Below the pieces are notes generated by a model. That model did no database searches and was not told the DNA's origin. It saw only the letters and a program-made list of their open reading frames with translations. A stretch of 63,970 bases of DNA, the filler included, from an uncultured bacterium (GTDB lineage: Bacteria; CAZSTA01), in NCBI GenBank assembly GCA_964609495.1. It is 4 parts of 4 records of this genome, joined end to end, with 100 filler letters (N's around TTAATTAATTAA, not from the genome) between each part and the next. Parts side by side here need not be neighbours in the genome. Positions count along the whole stretch, not along the records: positions 16,393 to 32,555 come from CAZSTA010000072.1; 3 more parts are not named here. One strand, given 5' to 3'. This document shows, piece after piece, positions 19,407 through 29,580 of the stretch (position 1 is the first letter of the stretch; each line of letters starts with the position of its first letter). Position numbers and translations under genes: made by a program.

Positions 19407-21340
19407 GTTTTCTAAACTATAGCGCATTCTACTTCGCCGCGTCTATACCGGCGGTTATCCTTCTCTATCTACTTAAGACGAAGAGAAGGGAGATAACTAT
19501 CCCCAGTATATTCTTGTGGGATAAGATGATAAAAGATGTTCGAGCGCATACTTCATTGCGCTGGTTAAAGAAAAATCTACTCCTTCTGCTCCAACTATTG
19601 ATCTTAGCCCTTCTCACCTTGGGGATGGCTAGACCTTTCTACACTAAACAGGTCCCTTATGGGAGGGATATCCTCCTGATTATGGACGCTTCAGCCAGTA
19701 TGTGGACCATGGAGGGAGAGGGGGTTCGATTCGATTATGCTCGGGAGAGAGCGATCGGCCTCGTTGATAGGTTGAAAGGAACAAGCGAGATGGCTATAAT
19801 CAAAGCTGGGGCAGAGTCGATATTAGCGTGTGATTTCACTTCCGATAAGAATAAGTTGAAGAGCGCAATTGAGAGCATGAATCCAGAGGAGACGCCGACT
19901 AATCTCAGAGATGCTATCCTCTTGGCTCTGCCATTGGTATCCTCGCGAGGGGCGAGCGAGATCATAGTTATAAGTGATGGAGCTTTCTCCGCGGAAGATC
20001 AATTGCCCCAAGCGATTCGCCTGATCTCGACTTCTGTGGAGAAGACTGAGACCTCGACTTCCTTCTCCACCAGTGAGGAGGATCGATCGGGATTGAGAGT
20101 TGGTTTCATCGTTATCGGAGAGACCTCCGATAACCTGGGAATAGTGGGGCTAAGTATCAGGAGGACTTATTATAGTGCCTTCGACTATGAGGCGTTGCTT
20201 CAGATTAAGAATTACTCGGATGGAACTCTTGTGGTTCCTCTTCGCCTCTACTCAGGAGAAGGGCAAGAGGAGGAGATAATCTACTCCTCCGAATTTCTTA
20301 TTGGACCTCATTCGGGAACGATTAAGATCTTCCCCTATTTCGGAGAGGTGGGAACGGTGATCAGAACAGAGCTAGGGGTAGAGGATAATATGAGCATAGA
20401 TAATCAAGCTTATGCGGTGCTTGCTCCATCAAGGGAGATATCTATCCTTATGCTAAGCGAAGGCAATGTTTTTCTCGAGAAGGCTTTTAAGATCTATCCT
20501 CATCTTAAGGTTGATATAGTAGATCCGGCTCTTATTAGCGATGAGGAGAACCTACCAGATCCGTCAACCTATGATCTAATTATATGTGATAGGATCCCTT
20601 GGCCTAGTCCCCTGATCGGGAATTTCATCTTCATCGATACTATCCCTCCTCAAGCGCCCTTCGAACTGAGAGGAGAGGTCGGCAATCCATTCATCCTCGA
20701 TTGGAAGAGGGATAATCCTATACTGAGATTCGTCAATCTCGATGATGTTCATATAGATAAGGCGATGTTGATAGAGAGGACGGAGGACTGGGGGGATGTC
20801 TTGGTAGATGGTGATACCACTCCTCTTATATACCTATTCGAAAGGGAGGGGATGAAAGCGCTCTTCATCGGCTTTGATCTTCTCGACTCCGATTTCCCCT
20901 TAAGGGTGGCTTTCCCGATCTTCTTATCTAATGCGTTGAGTTGGTTCCTACCGGAGGAACAGGAAGCGGCGGTATCTATCCGAGCTGGAGATAGTTATTC
21001 CCCAAAATTAACCGATTCTGGGGGGAGGACAGTGGTTGTTGATCCTTTAGGAAGAAGGACTCAGCTCACCGAGGGAATCTTCACCGGAACTAAGCTCTGC
21101 GGAGTTTATAGGGTCATATCGGGAGATGAGACCGAGTCCTTCGCGGTGAATCTCCTAGATGACGAGGAGTCGAATGTCATCCCTCGCGCGAAGCTAGAGA
21201 TAGCCGATGACGAGGAGATGATGGGAGGAGAGTCCCTAACTAAGGTCAATGTCGAGCTTTGGCCATATTTTATCCTCTCAGCTTTAGCTCTGATTCTGCT
21301 AGAATGGTATGTGTATCATCGCCAATCATTTACTATTTAG
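19403..21340 (+). CDS. BatA N-terminal and vWA domain membrane protein
   Basis: IPAVILLYLLK...PSIFLW...MARP; DASASM MIDAS; ISDG; C-terminal LLEW TM. Confidence 0.88.
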   Translation: MSFLNYSAFYFAASIPAVILLYLLKTKRREITIPSIFLWDKMIKDVRAHTSLRWLKKNLLLLLQLLILALLTLGMARPFYTKQVPYGRDILLIMDASASMWTMEGEGVRFDYARERAIGLVDRLKGTSEMAIIKAGAESILACDFTSDKNKLKSAIESMNPEETPTNLRDAILLALPLVSSRGASEIIVISDGAFSAEDQLPQAIRLISTSVEKTETSTSFSTSEEDRSGLRVGFIVIGETSDNLGIVGLSIRRTYYSAFDYEALLQIKNYSDGTLVVPLRLYSGEGQEEEIIYSSEFLIGPHSGTIKIFPYFGEVGTVIRTELGVEDNMSIDNQAYAVLAPSREISILMLSEGNVFLEKAFKIYPHLKVDIVDPALISDEENLPDPSTYDLIICDRIPWPSPLIGNFIFIDTIPPQAPFELRGEVGNPFILDWKRDNPILRFVNLDDVHIDKAMLIERTEDWGDVLVDGDTTPLIYLFEREGMKALFIGFDLLDSDFPLRVAFPIFLSNALSWFLPEEQEAAVSIRAGDSYSPKLTDSGGRTVVVDPLGRRTQLTEGIFTGTKLCGVYRVISGDETESFAVNLLDDEESNVIPRAKLEIADDEEMMGGESLTKVNVELWPYFILSALALILLEWYVYHRQSFTI

Positions 21341-21401
21341 AGGGGGGGCGCGATAAGCGCGATAACGCTATTTTCCCAATTTCAGTCTGGGGGTGGTAGG
21401 T

Positions 21402-22010
21402 ATGATCGCCAGATCAATAATAATTATGGTTATCTCCTATCTGTTCGGTGCTATACCGGTGGGACTGCTGGCAGGTAAGTTATTCAAGGGGATCGATGTG
21501 CGAGAATACGGAAGCGGAAGTATAGGAGCAACCAACGTATTAGGAGCGGCAGGGCCCTTCGCAGGACTTCTGACCCTCCTAGGGGATATACTCAAAGGAG
21601 TAATCCCGGTCCTGCTAGCAAAATACTACCTGGAAGCGGATGGTTTAGTAGCCCTGGCGGGCTTTATAGCGGTAATCGGGCATGATTACACCGTCTTTCT
21701 TGGCTTTCGGGGAGGAAAAGGGGTATCAACAAGCCTAGGAGTATTGGCCGCCCTCAACTTCCCAGTTGCTCTCTTCTCTGCTTTGCTTCTATTGGCGATA
21801 GTTGGGCTGACGAGGTATAAATCTTTGGGTTCGATCTTAGCCCTTATCTTCTCGCCCCTAATTATGGTGATATATCATCAACCCTCGGCCTATGTACTGT
21901 TAGGTATAGCCTTAGCTGGGTTGACTATCTATAGACATAGAGAGAATATTGAGCGTCTCAGAGCAGGAACGGAACACAAGTTGGGAGAGAAGCGCGCGAG
22001 GCGCGATTAG
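21402..22010 (+). CDS. plsY: Glycerol-3-phosphate acyltransferase
   Basis: GSGSIGATN, DILKG, GHDY, FRGGKGVST and RHRENIERL motifs. Confidence 0.95.
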   Translation: MIARSIIIMVISYLFGAIPVGLLAGKLFKGIDVREYGSGSIGATNVLGAAGPFAGLLTLLGDILKGVIPVLLAKYYLEADGLVALAGFIAVIGHDYTVFLGFRGGKGVSTSLGVLAALNFPVALFSALLLLAIVGLTRYKSLGSILALIFSPLIMVIYHQPSAYVLLGIALAGLTIYRHRENIERLRAGTEHKLGEKRARRD

Positions 22011-22049
22011 CAGACTGAAAATTTTGATTACTGAGGTGTATTTGAGATA

Positions 22050-24800
22050 ATGCCCCTAGAAATTACAAATCCAATAGCTTTAGCTCTTTTGGCTTTCGTC
22101 ATCTTTATCTTTTATCTCACTAGAAACACTAGATCTATGGCTTCTCCCACTAGACGAAAGCTATCTTTACTTATCAGAGCTTTGGTCTTTCTTCTGGTTG
22201 CTACAAGCCTCATCGGCTTGGGAATGATCGACTACGAGGAAAGTTTAAGTGTGATGTTTCTTATCGATGTCTCCGACAGCCTTCCTAGAGAAAGTGTAGA
22301 GGAGGCTATTAATTATGTTAATAAAGCGGTAAAGAATATGAAGGAGGGAGATACCGCGGGAGTGATCGCTTTTGGAAGTGAGGCTTATGTTGAGATGCCT
22401 CCTCAAGATAAATTGCGTCTCTCCGAGATACTATCTCAACCTCCTACTTACTCCACAAATATAGCTCAGGCGATCAGAGTAGCCCTGGCCTCCTTCCCTC
22501 CCGAGGCTAGTAAGAGGATCGTGATCCTCTCCGATGGGCAGGAGACTCTAGGAAGGGCTAGGGAGGAGGCTGTCCTAGCTAAATCGTTAGGAGTCGAGAT
22601 ATCCGCCCTTCCTATGTCTTTCCAACTTGACCAGGAGGCTCTTTTGGAGGAGATGATAGCCCCCCAGGTGGTCAAGGTGGATGAGCCTTTCCAAGTGAAG
22701 TTGGTGGTTCAAAGCCTCAAGAATACTAAGGGGAGGTTGAAGTTATACCGAGATGACCTGTTCTTGGGAGAGCAAGAGGTGGGTCTTACCTCTGGTAAAA
22801 CTGTCTTTACCATTCCCCAAACCTTGGAGGAGGGGGGCTTTCATACCTTTGAAGCTCAATTGGAGGCGGATGATGACACCTTGAGTGAGAATAATCGCGC
22901 GATGGGTTTCACTCAGGTGCTAGGAGAGCCTAGGATTTTATATATCACTGGAGATCTTAATAGCTCCCCAAGTCTAGCTGATGTTTTGCAGGCTCAAGAT
23001 ATAGCTTTCGATAGAAGGGGATTGAGCGATTTTCCCTCTAATATAGCGGAGCTACAGAACTATGATGCGGTGATCTTAGATAATGTCTCCGCTTTGAACC
23101 TATCGAACGAACAGATGAGGGCGATCCAAAGCTACGTGCGGGATTTAGGAGGCGGGCTCCTGGCGGTCGGAGGCCCGAACAGCTTCGGGATGGGAGCTTA
23201 CTATCGAACGCCTTTAGAGGAAGCTTTGCCGGTGGATGCCGATATCCGCCAGCGAATGGTTATGCCTTCTTTAGCGATAATGCTCATCATAGATAAATCG
23301 GGGAGTATGTCTGGCTACGGAGGAGGGGTAACCAAGTTGGAGTTGGCTAAGGAGGCGGCTATCTCGGTGGTAGAGCTTCTGGAAGATCGAGATAGGGTCG
23401 GATTGATCTCCTTCTCTGGAAACTTCGAGTGGACCGTCCCGATGCAACCCGCCAGTGATAGGCGGAATATCGCTCAGGAGATATCGACCTTAGTTTCGGG
23501 AGGGGGAACGGAGATGTATCCGCCTATGGTAGCCGCTTATGAGAAGTTGAGGAATAGCGAAGCTAAGGTCAAACATGTGATAATCCTCTCCGATGGGCAA
23601 TCTCAGCCCGGAGATTTTGAGGGAATCGTAGATAGGATGGCTGAGGATAATATCTCTGTATCCACGGTCGCGGTGGGACGAGATGCTGATGTCCTGCTTA
23701 TGAGGAGCATCGCTAGATGGGGAAAGGGAAGGTATTATTATACTGAAGATCCCTATACGATCCCGCGCATCTTCACGATGGAAGCGTTGATGGCCTCTCG
23801 TTCTTTGATTGTGGAGAAGACCTTCCAGCCGAAAGTTACCACCTTTAGTCAGATATTAAGGGGGTTAGAGCTGGGCGATCTGCCGAATCTCAGGGGATAT
23901 GTGGCGACTAGCCCTAAGCCAACCGCGGAGGTGTTATTAATATCCCCTGATGACGATCCTATTCTGGCTATCTGGAGATACGGATTAGGGAAGGCGGTCG
24001 CCTTCACCTCTGATGCTCAACCGAGATGGGCTATCGAATGGCTCAACTGGGAAGACTACAGTAAATTCTGGTCTCAGGTGGTTCGTTGGGGCATACGTCA
24101 GAGCATAAGTGGGAACTTTATGGCGACTGTGAGAGCTGAACAAGGGGAGGGCAAGCTTACAATTGATGCGGTTGATGATAAAGGAGAGTTCATAAACTTC
24201 CTCAGTACTAAAGCGACCGTTATTAAACCTGATAAGAAAGGCAAGACTCTCCAGATAAAACAGACCGGGCCTGGACGATATGAGGGGATGTTCCCTATAG
24301 AAGAGACGGGAATTTATCTTATCAACGTTGAAGGGAAAGAGGGCGATAGATCGGTAGGAGCAAGGGTTGTAGGACTAGCTATCCCTTATCCTCCTGAGTA
24401 TAAGAAGTTTGGACTCAACAGCGGGTTGCTTGCGGATATAACTAGGGCTGCGGGAGGACAGATCCTAACCTCCGAGGCTAAGGTATTCTCTCACGAGGGT
24501 CTTTGGGGGATGAAGAGAATCCAGCCGCTATGGCCTCTGCTCATCAGCTTAGCGATAATTCTGTTCATCTTCGATGTTGCCTCTCGCCGAGTTATCCTCC
24601 CTGCTGGATATCTCAGATATATGTTAATGAAGATCGTTTCTCCCTTTAAGGCTAAACCGGGGGAGGAATGGGAAGCAGAAGTGGAGGAGCATGAAGCTGG
24701 AGAGCCAGCTCTCGATAAGCTTAAGGTGGTATCTCCCGATGATCATTCAGCTAGGCTTTATCTAGCAAGAAGGAGAAGGATGCAAGGAAAAGAGAAGTAG
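22050..24800 (+). CDS. Membrane protein with two vWA domains and a GATase-like (DUF1355-type) domain
   Basis: DVSDS and DKSGSM MIDAS motifs; GGGLLAVGG; YGLGKAVAFTSD. Confidence 0.85.
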   Translation: MPLEITNPIALALLAFVIFIFYLTRNTRSMASPTRRKLSLLIRALVFLLVATSLIGLGMIDYEESLSVMFLIDVSDSLPRESVEEAINYVNKAVKNMKEGDTAGVIAFGSEAYVEMPPQDKLRLSEILSQPPTYSTNIAQAIRVALASFPPEASKRIVILSDGQETLGRAREEAVLAKSLGVEISALPMSFQLDQEALLEEMIAPQVVKVDEPFQVKLVVQSLKNTKGRLKLYRDDLFLGEQEVGLTSGKTVFTIPQTLEEGGFHTFEAQLEADDDTLSENNRAMGFTQVLGEPRILYITGDLNSSPSLADVLQAQDIAFDRRGLSDFPSNIAELQNYDAVILDNVSALNLSNEQMRAIQSYVRDLGGGLLAVGGPNSFGMGAYYRTPLEEALPVDADIRQRMVMPSLAIMLIIDKSGSMSGYGGGVTKLELAKEAAISVVELLEDRDRVGLISFSGNFEWTVPMQPASDRRNIAQEISTLVSGGGTEMYPPMVAAYEKLRNSEAKVKHVIILSDGQSQPGDFEGIVDRMAEDNISVSTVAVGRDADVLLMRSIARWGKGRYYYTEDPYTIPRIFTMEALMASRSLIVEKTFQPKVTTFSQILRGLELGDLPNLRGYVATSPKPTAEVLLISPDDDPILAIWRYGLGKAVAFTSDAQPRWAIEWLNWEDYSKFWSQVVRWGIRQSISGNFMATVRAEQGEGKLTIDAVDDKGEFINFLSTKATVIKPDKKGKTLQIKQTGPGRYEGMFPIEETGIYLINVEGKEGDRSVGARVVGLAIPYPPEYKKFGLNSGLLADITRAAGGQILTSEAKVFSHEGLWGMKRIQPLWPLLISLAIILFIFDVASRRVILPAGYLRYMLMKIVSPFKAKPGEEWEAEVEEHEAGEPALDKLKVVSPDDHSARLYLARRRRMQGKEK

Positions 24801-24844
24801 GGCGAGGTGGACAGGGGGATAGACAAAAGCAAGGGAGGATTGTT

Positions 24845-24952
24845 TAGATCACCCTCCCCTTCCCCCTCCCATCAAGGGAGGGGGAACTAAAGAGAGTAAG
24901 CTTATCTGGATGTCCCCTCTCCCCTCGTGGGAGAGGGATAGGGTGAGGGGGA
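24845..24952 (+). repeat. BoxC-like hairpin pair (family B core)
   Basis: TCACCCTCCCCTTCCCCCTCCCATCAAGGGAGGGGGAA...CCCTCTCCCCTCGTGGGAGAGGGATAGGGTGAGGGG. Confidence 0.85.
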
Positions 24953-24973
24953 AAACCAAAGAGGTGACAATTA

Positions 24974-26446
24974 TTGCATCAGTTGCTTGGAAGAACTCTG
25001 GAGTTTTTCCTATTGACTTTAGGGTATATATTGGGTATAATTCTGATCCTGGGATTGATCTACTATATTCTAGGAAAGTTATTCAAGAGTCCAACTAGAT
25101 TATTCGGTTGGGTAGGAGGTAAATTCAGAGCAATGGATAACTTATTTAGTAGGAGAGATGAAGCGGCTAGGCAAAAGGGATCTCGCTTAGGGCAAAGAGG
25201 GGTTAATATCGCTAAGGATAAAGTTGGCATTATAACTGGAAAGACAAGGGAAGAAAGGAATAAGGCTAAGATCTTCTATGATCGGGCCTTAGCTTATGAG
25301 AACTTTGGAGAGTTAAGTAAAGCTGTTGAAGAATATAAGCGAGCGATAGGGCTTGACACAAGATATGTAGAAGCTTATATCGGACTTGGTGATATCTATC
25401 GGCGTCTGGGCGAGATCGGAGCGGCAATCGAAGTTCACGCGCAAGCGACGGTTCTTGATCTGAATAACGCCATTGCCCACACTAGCTTAGGTGTAGATTT
25501 TGAGGAGAATAGACAATTGGAACGCGCTATTAATCAATATCAGCGAGCGATCAGCCTAGATAACAAATATCTCCTAGCCCAATATCGCTTGAGAGATCTA
25601 TATATCAAATCCGGATTATTCAAGAAAGCCTATGAACAGGAGAGGCAGATTCTTAAGATGGAGAAGTCGAATGATAGAAGAACGTTGGCTTATATTCAAA
25701 CTCTGTGGGGGGATTCTTATCTAGCTGATTCGGAATTCGAGCGAGCGATAAGGCAATATCGAAGAGCGATCAGGGATTATGATCGTTGTAGGCCAGCCTA
25801 TCTTCATCTAGGGGATGCTCTCCTATCTCTGGGTAGAACTCCCTCGGCAACTAAAGCCTGGGGAGATCTTATAAAATTCGATCCCACGATGCAGGAGGTT
25901 TATGAGAGATTAAACAAGACCGTGTTGAAGGAGAATTTTATCGATAATCTGCTGGAGTTCTATGAGCAGATAAAGTTGGAGAATCCAGCTTGTCCAGAGG
26001 TTTATGTAGCTTTAGCTAGCCTCTATACTAGTCAGGGTATTCTATCCAAAGCTATCGAACAGTTGCAATCTGCGGAGGATTTGAGGCCAGAGGCTGTTGA
26101 ACTTAAGCTATATATAGGGGATTTATATTATAAGCAAGGAGATATCGACCAAGCTCTAATCGAATTTGAGATGGCGTTAGATACAGTTAAAAACTTCTCC
26201 TTCAAGTATATCTGTCAAGTGTGTGGCTTTATCTCGACGGGAAGGGAATGGAGGTGTCCTAAATGTGGCTCTTGGGATTCCTTCGAGACTGATATATTGA
26301 AGTTCACTGTCTTCGAGATGCTCAAATTACCGAAGGAGTTGGAGGCTGCAAGAGGTGAATTAGAGGGAGAAGTAGAGGATGAGGATGGATCCCCCACTCT
26401 ACTGGGAAGAGTTAGGGGCTGGCTCAAGGGAGAGAAGGAGGAATGA
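24974..26446 (+). CDS. LapB/YciM-like membrane-anchored TPR protein with a rubredoxin-type zinc ribbon
   Basis: N-terminal TM helix, TPRs, C-terminal YICQVCG...WRCPKCGSWDS. Confidence 0.75.
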   Translation: MHQLLGRTLEFFLLTLGYILGIILILGLIYYILGKLFKSPTRLFGWVGGKFRAMDNLFSRRDEAARQKGSRLGQRGVNIAKDKVGIITGKTREERNKAKIFYDRALAYENFGELSKAVEEYKRAIGLDTRYVEAYIGLGDIYRRLGEIGAAIEVHAQATVLDLNNAIAHTSLGVDFEENRQLERAINQYQRAISLDNKYLLAQYRLRDLYIKSGLFKKAYEQERQILKMEKSNDRRTLAYIQTLWGDSYLADSEFERAIRQYRRAIRDYDRCRPAYLHLGDALLSLGRTPSATKAWGDLIKFDPTMQEVYERLNKTVLKENFIDNLLEFYEQIKLENPACPEVYVALASLYTSQGILSKAIEQLQSAEDLRPEAVELKLYIGDLYYKQGDIDQALIEFEMALDTVKNFSFKYICQVCGFISTGREWRCPKCGSWDSFETDILKFTVFEMLKLPKELEAARGELEGEVEDEDGSPTLLGRVRGWLKGEKEE

Positions 26447-26447
26447 G

Positions 26448-27575
26448 GTGAGCCTCAAATCTAGCTTTATGTGGGTGGTATTGTCGATTGTCCTGATTAT
26501 ATCTAGCTTGATCACCTCCATCAGCCAGGGGGAAGAGATATTTAAGAGGAAAGAGTTATTGATGGGGACGGTGGTGGAGATCGTAGCTTATGGGGAGGGA
26601 TCACAAGAGGCTGTTGCCTCCGCTTTTGCTGAGATAGGGCGGGTCGATAGTTTGATGAGCAATTACATCAAGGATAGCGAGTTAGCCGAGTTGAACTCAA
26701 AAGCAGGTAAAGAAGGGGTTGTTTTAAGCGAAGATACCTTCTATGTTATAAAGAAAGCCCTAGAATATTCCGAGCTTACAGATTCCGCCTTCGATGTTAC
26801 TATCTCGCCTTTAGTGAAGTTATGGGGATTCGAGGAGGATTCGACTGCTAAAGGAGAGGGATCTCTTCCTCCTGAGACAAAACGTATATCGTGGAAGGAC
26901 AAGCTAGCCTCTATATTTCAACGCCCCTCATCCGAAGGAGAGGATGAGCATTGGAAAGTGCCGAAAGAGGAAGACATCTTGAGGTTGAAGAAGCTCGTCA
27001 ACTATAGAGATATAATCATAGTAGATGAGAATAGGAGGGAGATTAAGCTAGCTAGGTCAGGGACGGGAATAGATTTGGGAGGGATAGCTAAGGGGTATGC
27101 AGTGGATAGGGCTTGTGAGATATTACGAGCCCATAATATCGAATATGCTTTAGTAAATGCGGGAGGAGATATAAGGGTTTTGGGAGGAAAGCCAGATGGC
27201 AAACCCTGGCGTATCGGGATTCAACACCCTCGTTATTCAGATTCAGTTTTAGATGTAGTTGAAGTCAAGGATAAAGTTGTAGTAACCTCTGGTGATTATG
27301 AGAGATATTTCATAGTCGATGGCAGGAGATATCATCATATATTAGATCCTGGTAATGGGTATCCAGCCTCGAGGTGTATGAGCGTAACTATTGTCACCAA
27401 CTCCGCCTTGAAAGGGGATGCTTTGGCTACGGGAGTATTCGTTCTTGGCCCTGAAAAGGGGATGGAATTGATCGAGAGGCTTCCCGAGGTAGAGGGCCTT
27501 ATCGTCGCTTCCGAGGGGAATATAGAGGTATCCTCGGGATTAAAGCTCGAATCTGGTAGGAGGTCGATATTTTGA
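26448..27575 (+). CDS. apbE: FAD:protein FMN transferase
   Basis: LMGT, FDVTISPLVKLWGF, DLGGIAKGYAVD, TSGDYERY and HHILDP; GTG start after SD GGAGG. Confidence 0.93.
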   Translation: MSLKSSFMWVVLSIVLIISSLITSISQGEEIFKRKELLMGTVVEIVAYGEGSQEAVASAFAEIGRVDSLMSNYIKDSELAELNSKAGKEGVVLSEDTFYVIKKALEYSELTDSAFDVTISPLVKLWGFEEDSTAKGEGSLPPETKRISWKDKLASIFQRPSSEGEDEHWKVPKEEDILRLKKLVNYRDIIIVDENRREIKLARSGTGIDLGGIAKGYAVDRACEILRAHNIEYALVNAGGDIRVLGGKPDGKPWRIGIQHPRYSDSVLDVVEVKDKVVVTSGDYERYFIVDGRRYHHILDPGNGYPASRCMSVTIVTNSALKGDALATGVFVLGPEKGMELIERLPEVEGLIVASEGNIEVSSGLKLESGRRSIF

Positions 27576-28342
27576 TACAAGCTCTGGGATTAACTAAGAT
27601 CTTTAAGGATAGAAAGAAGGGAGAGATAATCGCGGCGGACGATCTCACTTTCGAGTGCTTAGATGGGGAGATATTCGGCCTGCTTGGTCCTAACGGAGCA
27701 GGAAAGACGACGACTCTTCGGATGCTCTCCACTATGATGCTTCCTACTAAAGGCACCGCCTTGGTAAATGGCTTTGATATCATCAAGCAACCGAATAGAG
27801 TTAGAAGGGAGATCGGATTCCTCTCCAGCGAAACTGGTCTCTATGACAGATTCACCCCTACGGAGACCGTCAGGTTCTTTGGGAAGTTGAACGGAATGCG
27901 CGATGGGGATATAGAGATGAGGATGGAGGAGATCTTCGAGAAGCTCGATATGAAGGACTATCAGGATCAGAGAGTAGAGAAGCTATCCACAGGTATGAAG
28001 CAGAAGCTATCGATCGCTAGAAGTATAATTCACGACCCTCGGGTTATGGTCTTCGATGAGCCAACTGTTGGATTGGATATCATTATCGCTAGAGTAGTTA
28101 CCGACTACATAAAACTATTTCGCGATGAGGGGAAGTGTATAATCTTTTCTACCCACATTATGCGAGAGGCGGAGAAGTTATGCGATAAGATCGCGATAAT
28201 CGATAAGGGGAAGATAATAGCTCAAGGCACACTGGAGGAGTTGAAGAGTAGGACAGGAAAGGATGATTTAGAGGAAGTTTTCTTCACTCTGGTCGAGCTT
28301 GAGGATAAGGATCTTAAAATATCTGTAGGTAGAAGGGTGTGA
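27572..28342 (+). CDS. ABC exporter ATP-binding protein (NatA-like)
   Basis: GPNGAGKTT, LSTGMKQK, FDEPT and STH motifs. Confidence 0.9.
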   Translation: MIQALGLTKIFKDRKKGEIIAADDLTFECLDGEIFGLLGPNGAGKTTTLRMLSTMMLPTKGTALVNGFDIIKQPNRVRREIGFLSSETGLYDRFTPTETVRFFGKLNGMRDGDIEMRMEEIFEKLDMKDYQDQRVEKLSTGMKQKLSIARSIIHDPRVMVFDEPTVGLDIIIARVVTDYIKLFRDEGKCIIFSTHIMREAEKLCDKIAIIDKGKIIAQGTLEELKSRTGKDDLEEVFFTLVELEDKDLKISVGRRV

Positions 28343-29538
28343 CGATGGGATCTAATAATATCAAATATATATTCCTAAAGGAGCTTTTGGGAGCGATAAG
28401 GGATAGAAGAACGATGATGACGATGATCCTTGTCCCTCTCGTCTTTTACCCGATTCTCTTCGGTGGTATGGCTTATTTATTCGAAGCAGGGGAGAAGAGA
28501 TCCGAGGAGGAGATCTCAAGGGTTGTTATGGTGGGAAGCGAATATGCTCCAACCCTTGAGGATAGATTAGATAAATTGGAAAATGTCAAGGTTGTCCATC
28601 TTGCCGATTATGAAAGTGAACTCGATAGAGGAGGGATACAAGCTATCTTGCTTATCCCTCGGGATTTTGAGAAGACGATAAGTGCAGGAGGTTCTGCTCA
28701 AGTCTCTCTCCAGATCGACGAAGCTGAGATGAAATCGGCTGTCGCTAAAGGGAGAATCGAAGCCTCTCTGAGGGATTATGAGAAGGAGATCGTGAGGAAA
28801 AGGTTAGCTGATAGGAATCTAGAGGAGGGGATCCTAGACCCTATTGATACTAAGATAGTCAATGTTGCCTCTGCTGAGAAGATGGGTGGCGCGATGTTAA
28901 GCGCGCTTCTTCCCTATCTTATAATCATCTTGATCTTCACTGGAGCGATGATCGCGGCGATGGATATCACTGCTGGAGAGAAGGAGAGGGGAACGATCGC
29001 TACCTTATTAGTCAGTCAAGTGACTAGATTACAGATCGTTCTGGGGAAGTTTTTCACAGTTTTGGTAATATCACTGATAACTATGATATTGGGATTGGTG
29101 GGGTTGATGATATCCTTTAGCTCTAAATACTCTTTTGTGAGAGATGTTCCTGGGGTAGCTCTCGGAATATCGTTTGAGACTATCCTTCTAGTGTTCGCGG
29201 TGTTGCTACCCCTTTCTGCTCTTATAAGCGCGATTCTGATCATAATTGGGACTTTTGCTCGTAGTATACGCGAGGCTCAAAGCTATGCTACTCCGCTCTA
29301 TATGGTGACGATCTTTTTGGGGATCGTATCCATGAGTCAGGGGCTGGAATTGGGAGATTGGGTGTATCTGGTGCCGATCTTATCGACCAGCTTCACTATG
29401 AAGGAGATATTGATGGGAGATATCAATTGGTTACACTTTGGTTTTACCCTGGCATCCAGCCTCGTTATAGCAGGTCTCTCTATTATCGGAGCGGCTTATA
29501 TGTTCACTAAGGAAACGGTGTTGTTTAGAAGTAGTTAG
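28339..29538 (+). CDS. ABC-2 permease (NatB-like)
   Basis: RDRRT and AGEKERGTIATLL motifs; TM pattern. Confidence 0.88.
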   Translation: MTMGSNNIKYIFLKELLGAIRDRRTMMTMILVPLVFYPILFGGMAYLFEAGEKRSEEEISRVVMVGSEYAPTLEDRLDKLENVKVVHLADYESELDRGGIQAILLIPRDFEKTISAGGSAQVSLQIDEAEMKSAVAKGRIEASLRDYEKEIVRKRLADRNLEEGILDPIDTKIVNVASAEKMGGAMLSALLPYLIIILIFTGAMIAAMDITAGEKERGTIATLLVSQVTRLQIVLGKFFTVLVISLITMILGLVGLMISFSSKYSFVRDVPGVALGISFETILLVFAVLLPLSALISAILIIIGTFARSIREAQSYATPLYMVTIFLGIVSMSQGLELGDWVYLVPILSTSFTMKEILMGDINWLHFGFTLASSLVIAGLSIIGAAYMFTKETVLFRSS

Positions 29539-29580
29539 TCTGTCAACGGTTTCAAGTTAATATCTAAGGAGGGATAAGAG

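Noticed and set aside
25013-25041. TTGACT-17-TATAAT promoter-like match
   Set aside because: It lies inside the TM-encoding 5' end of the LapB-like ORF, which has its own good SD; probably coincidental.
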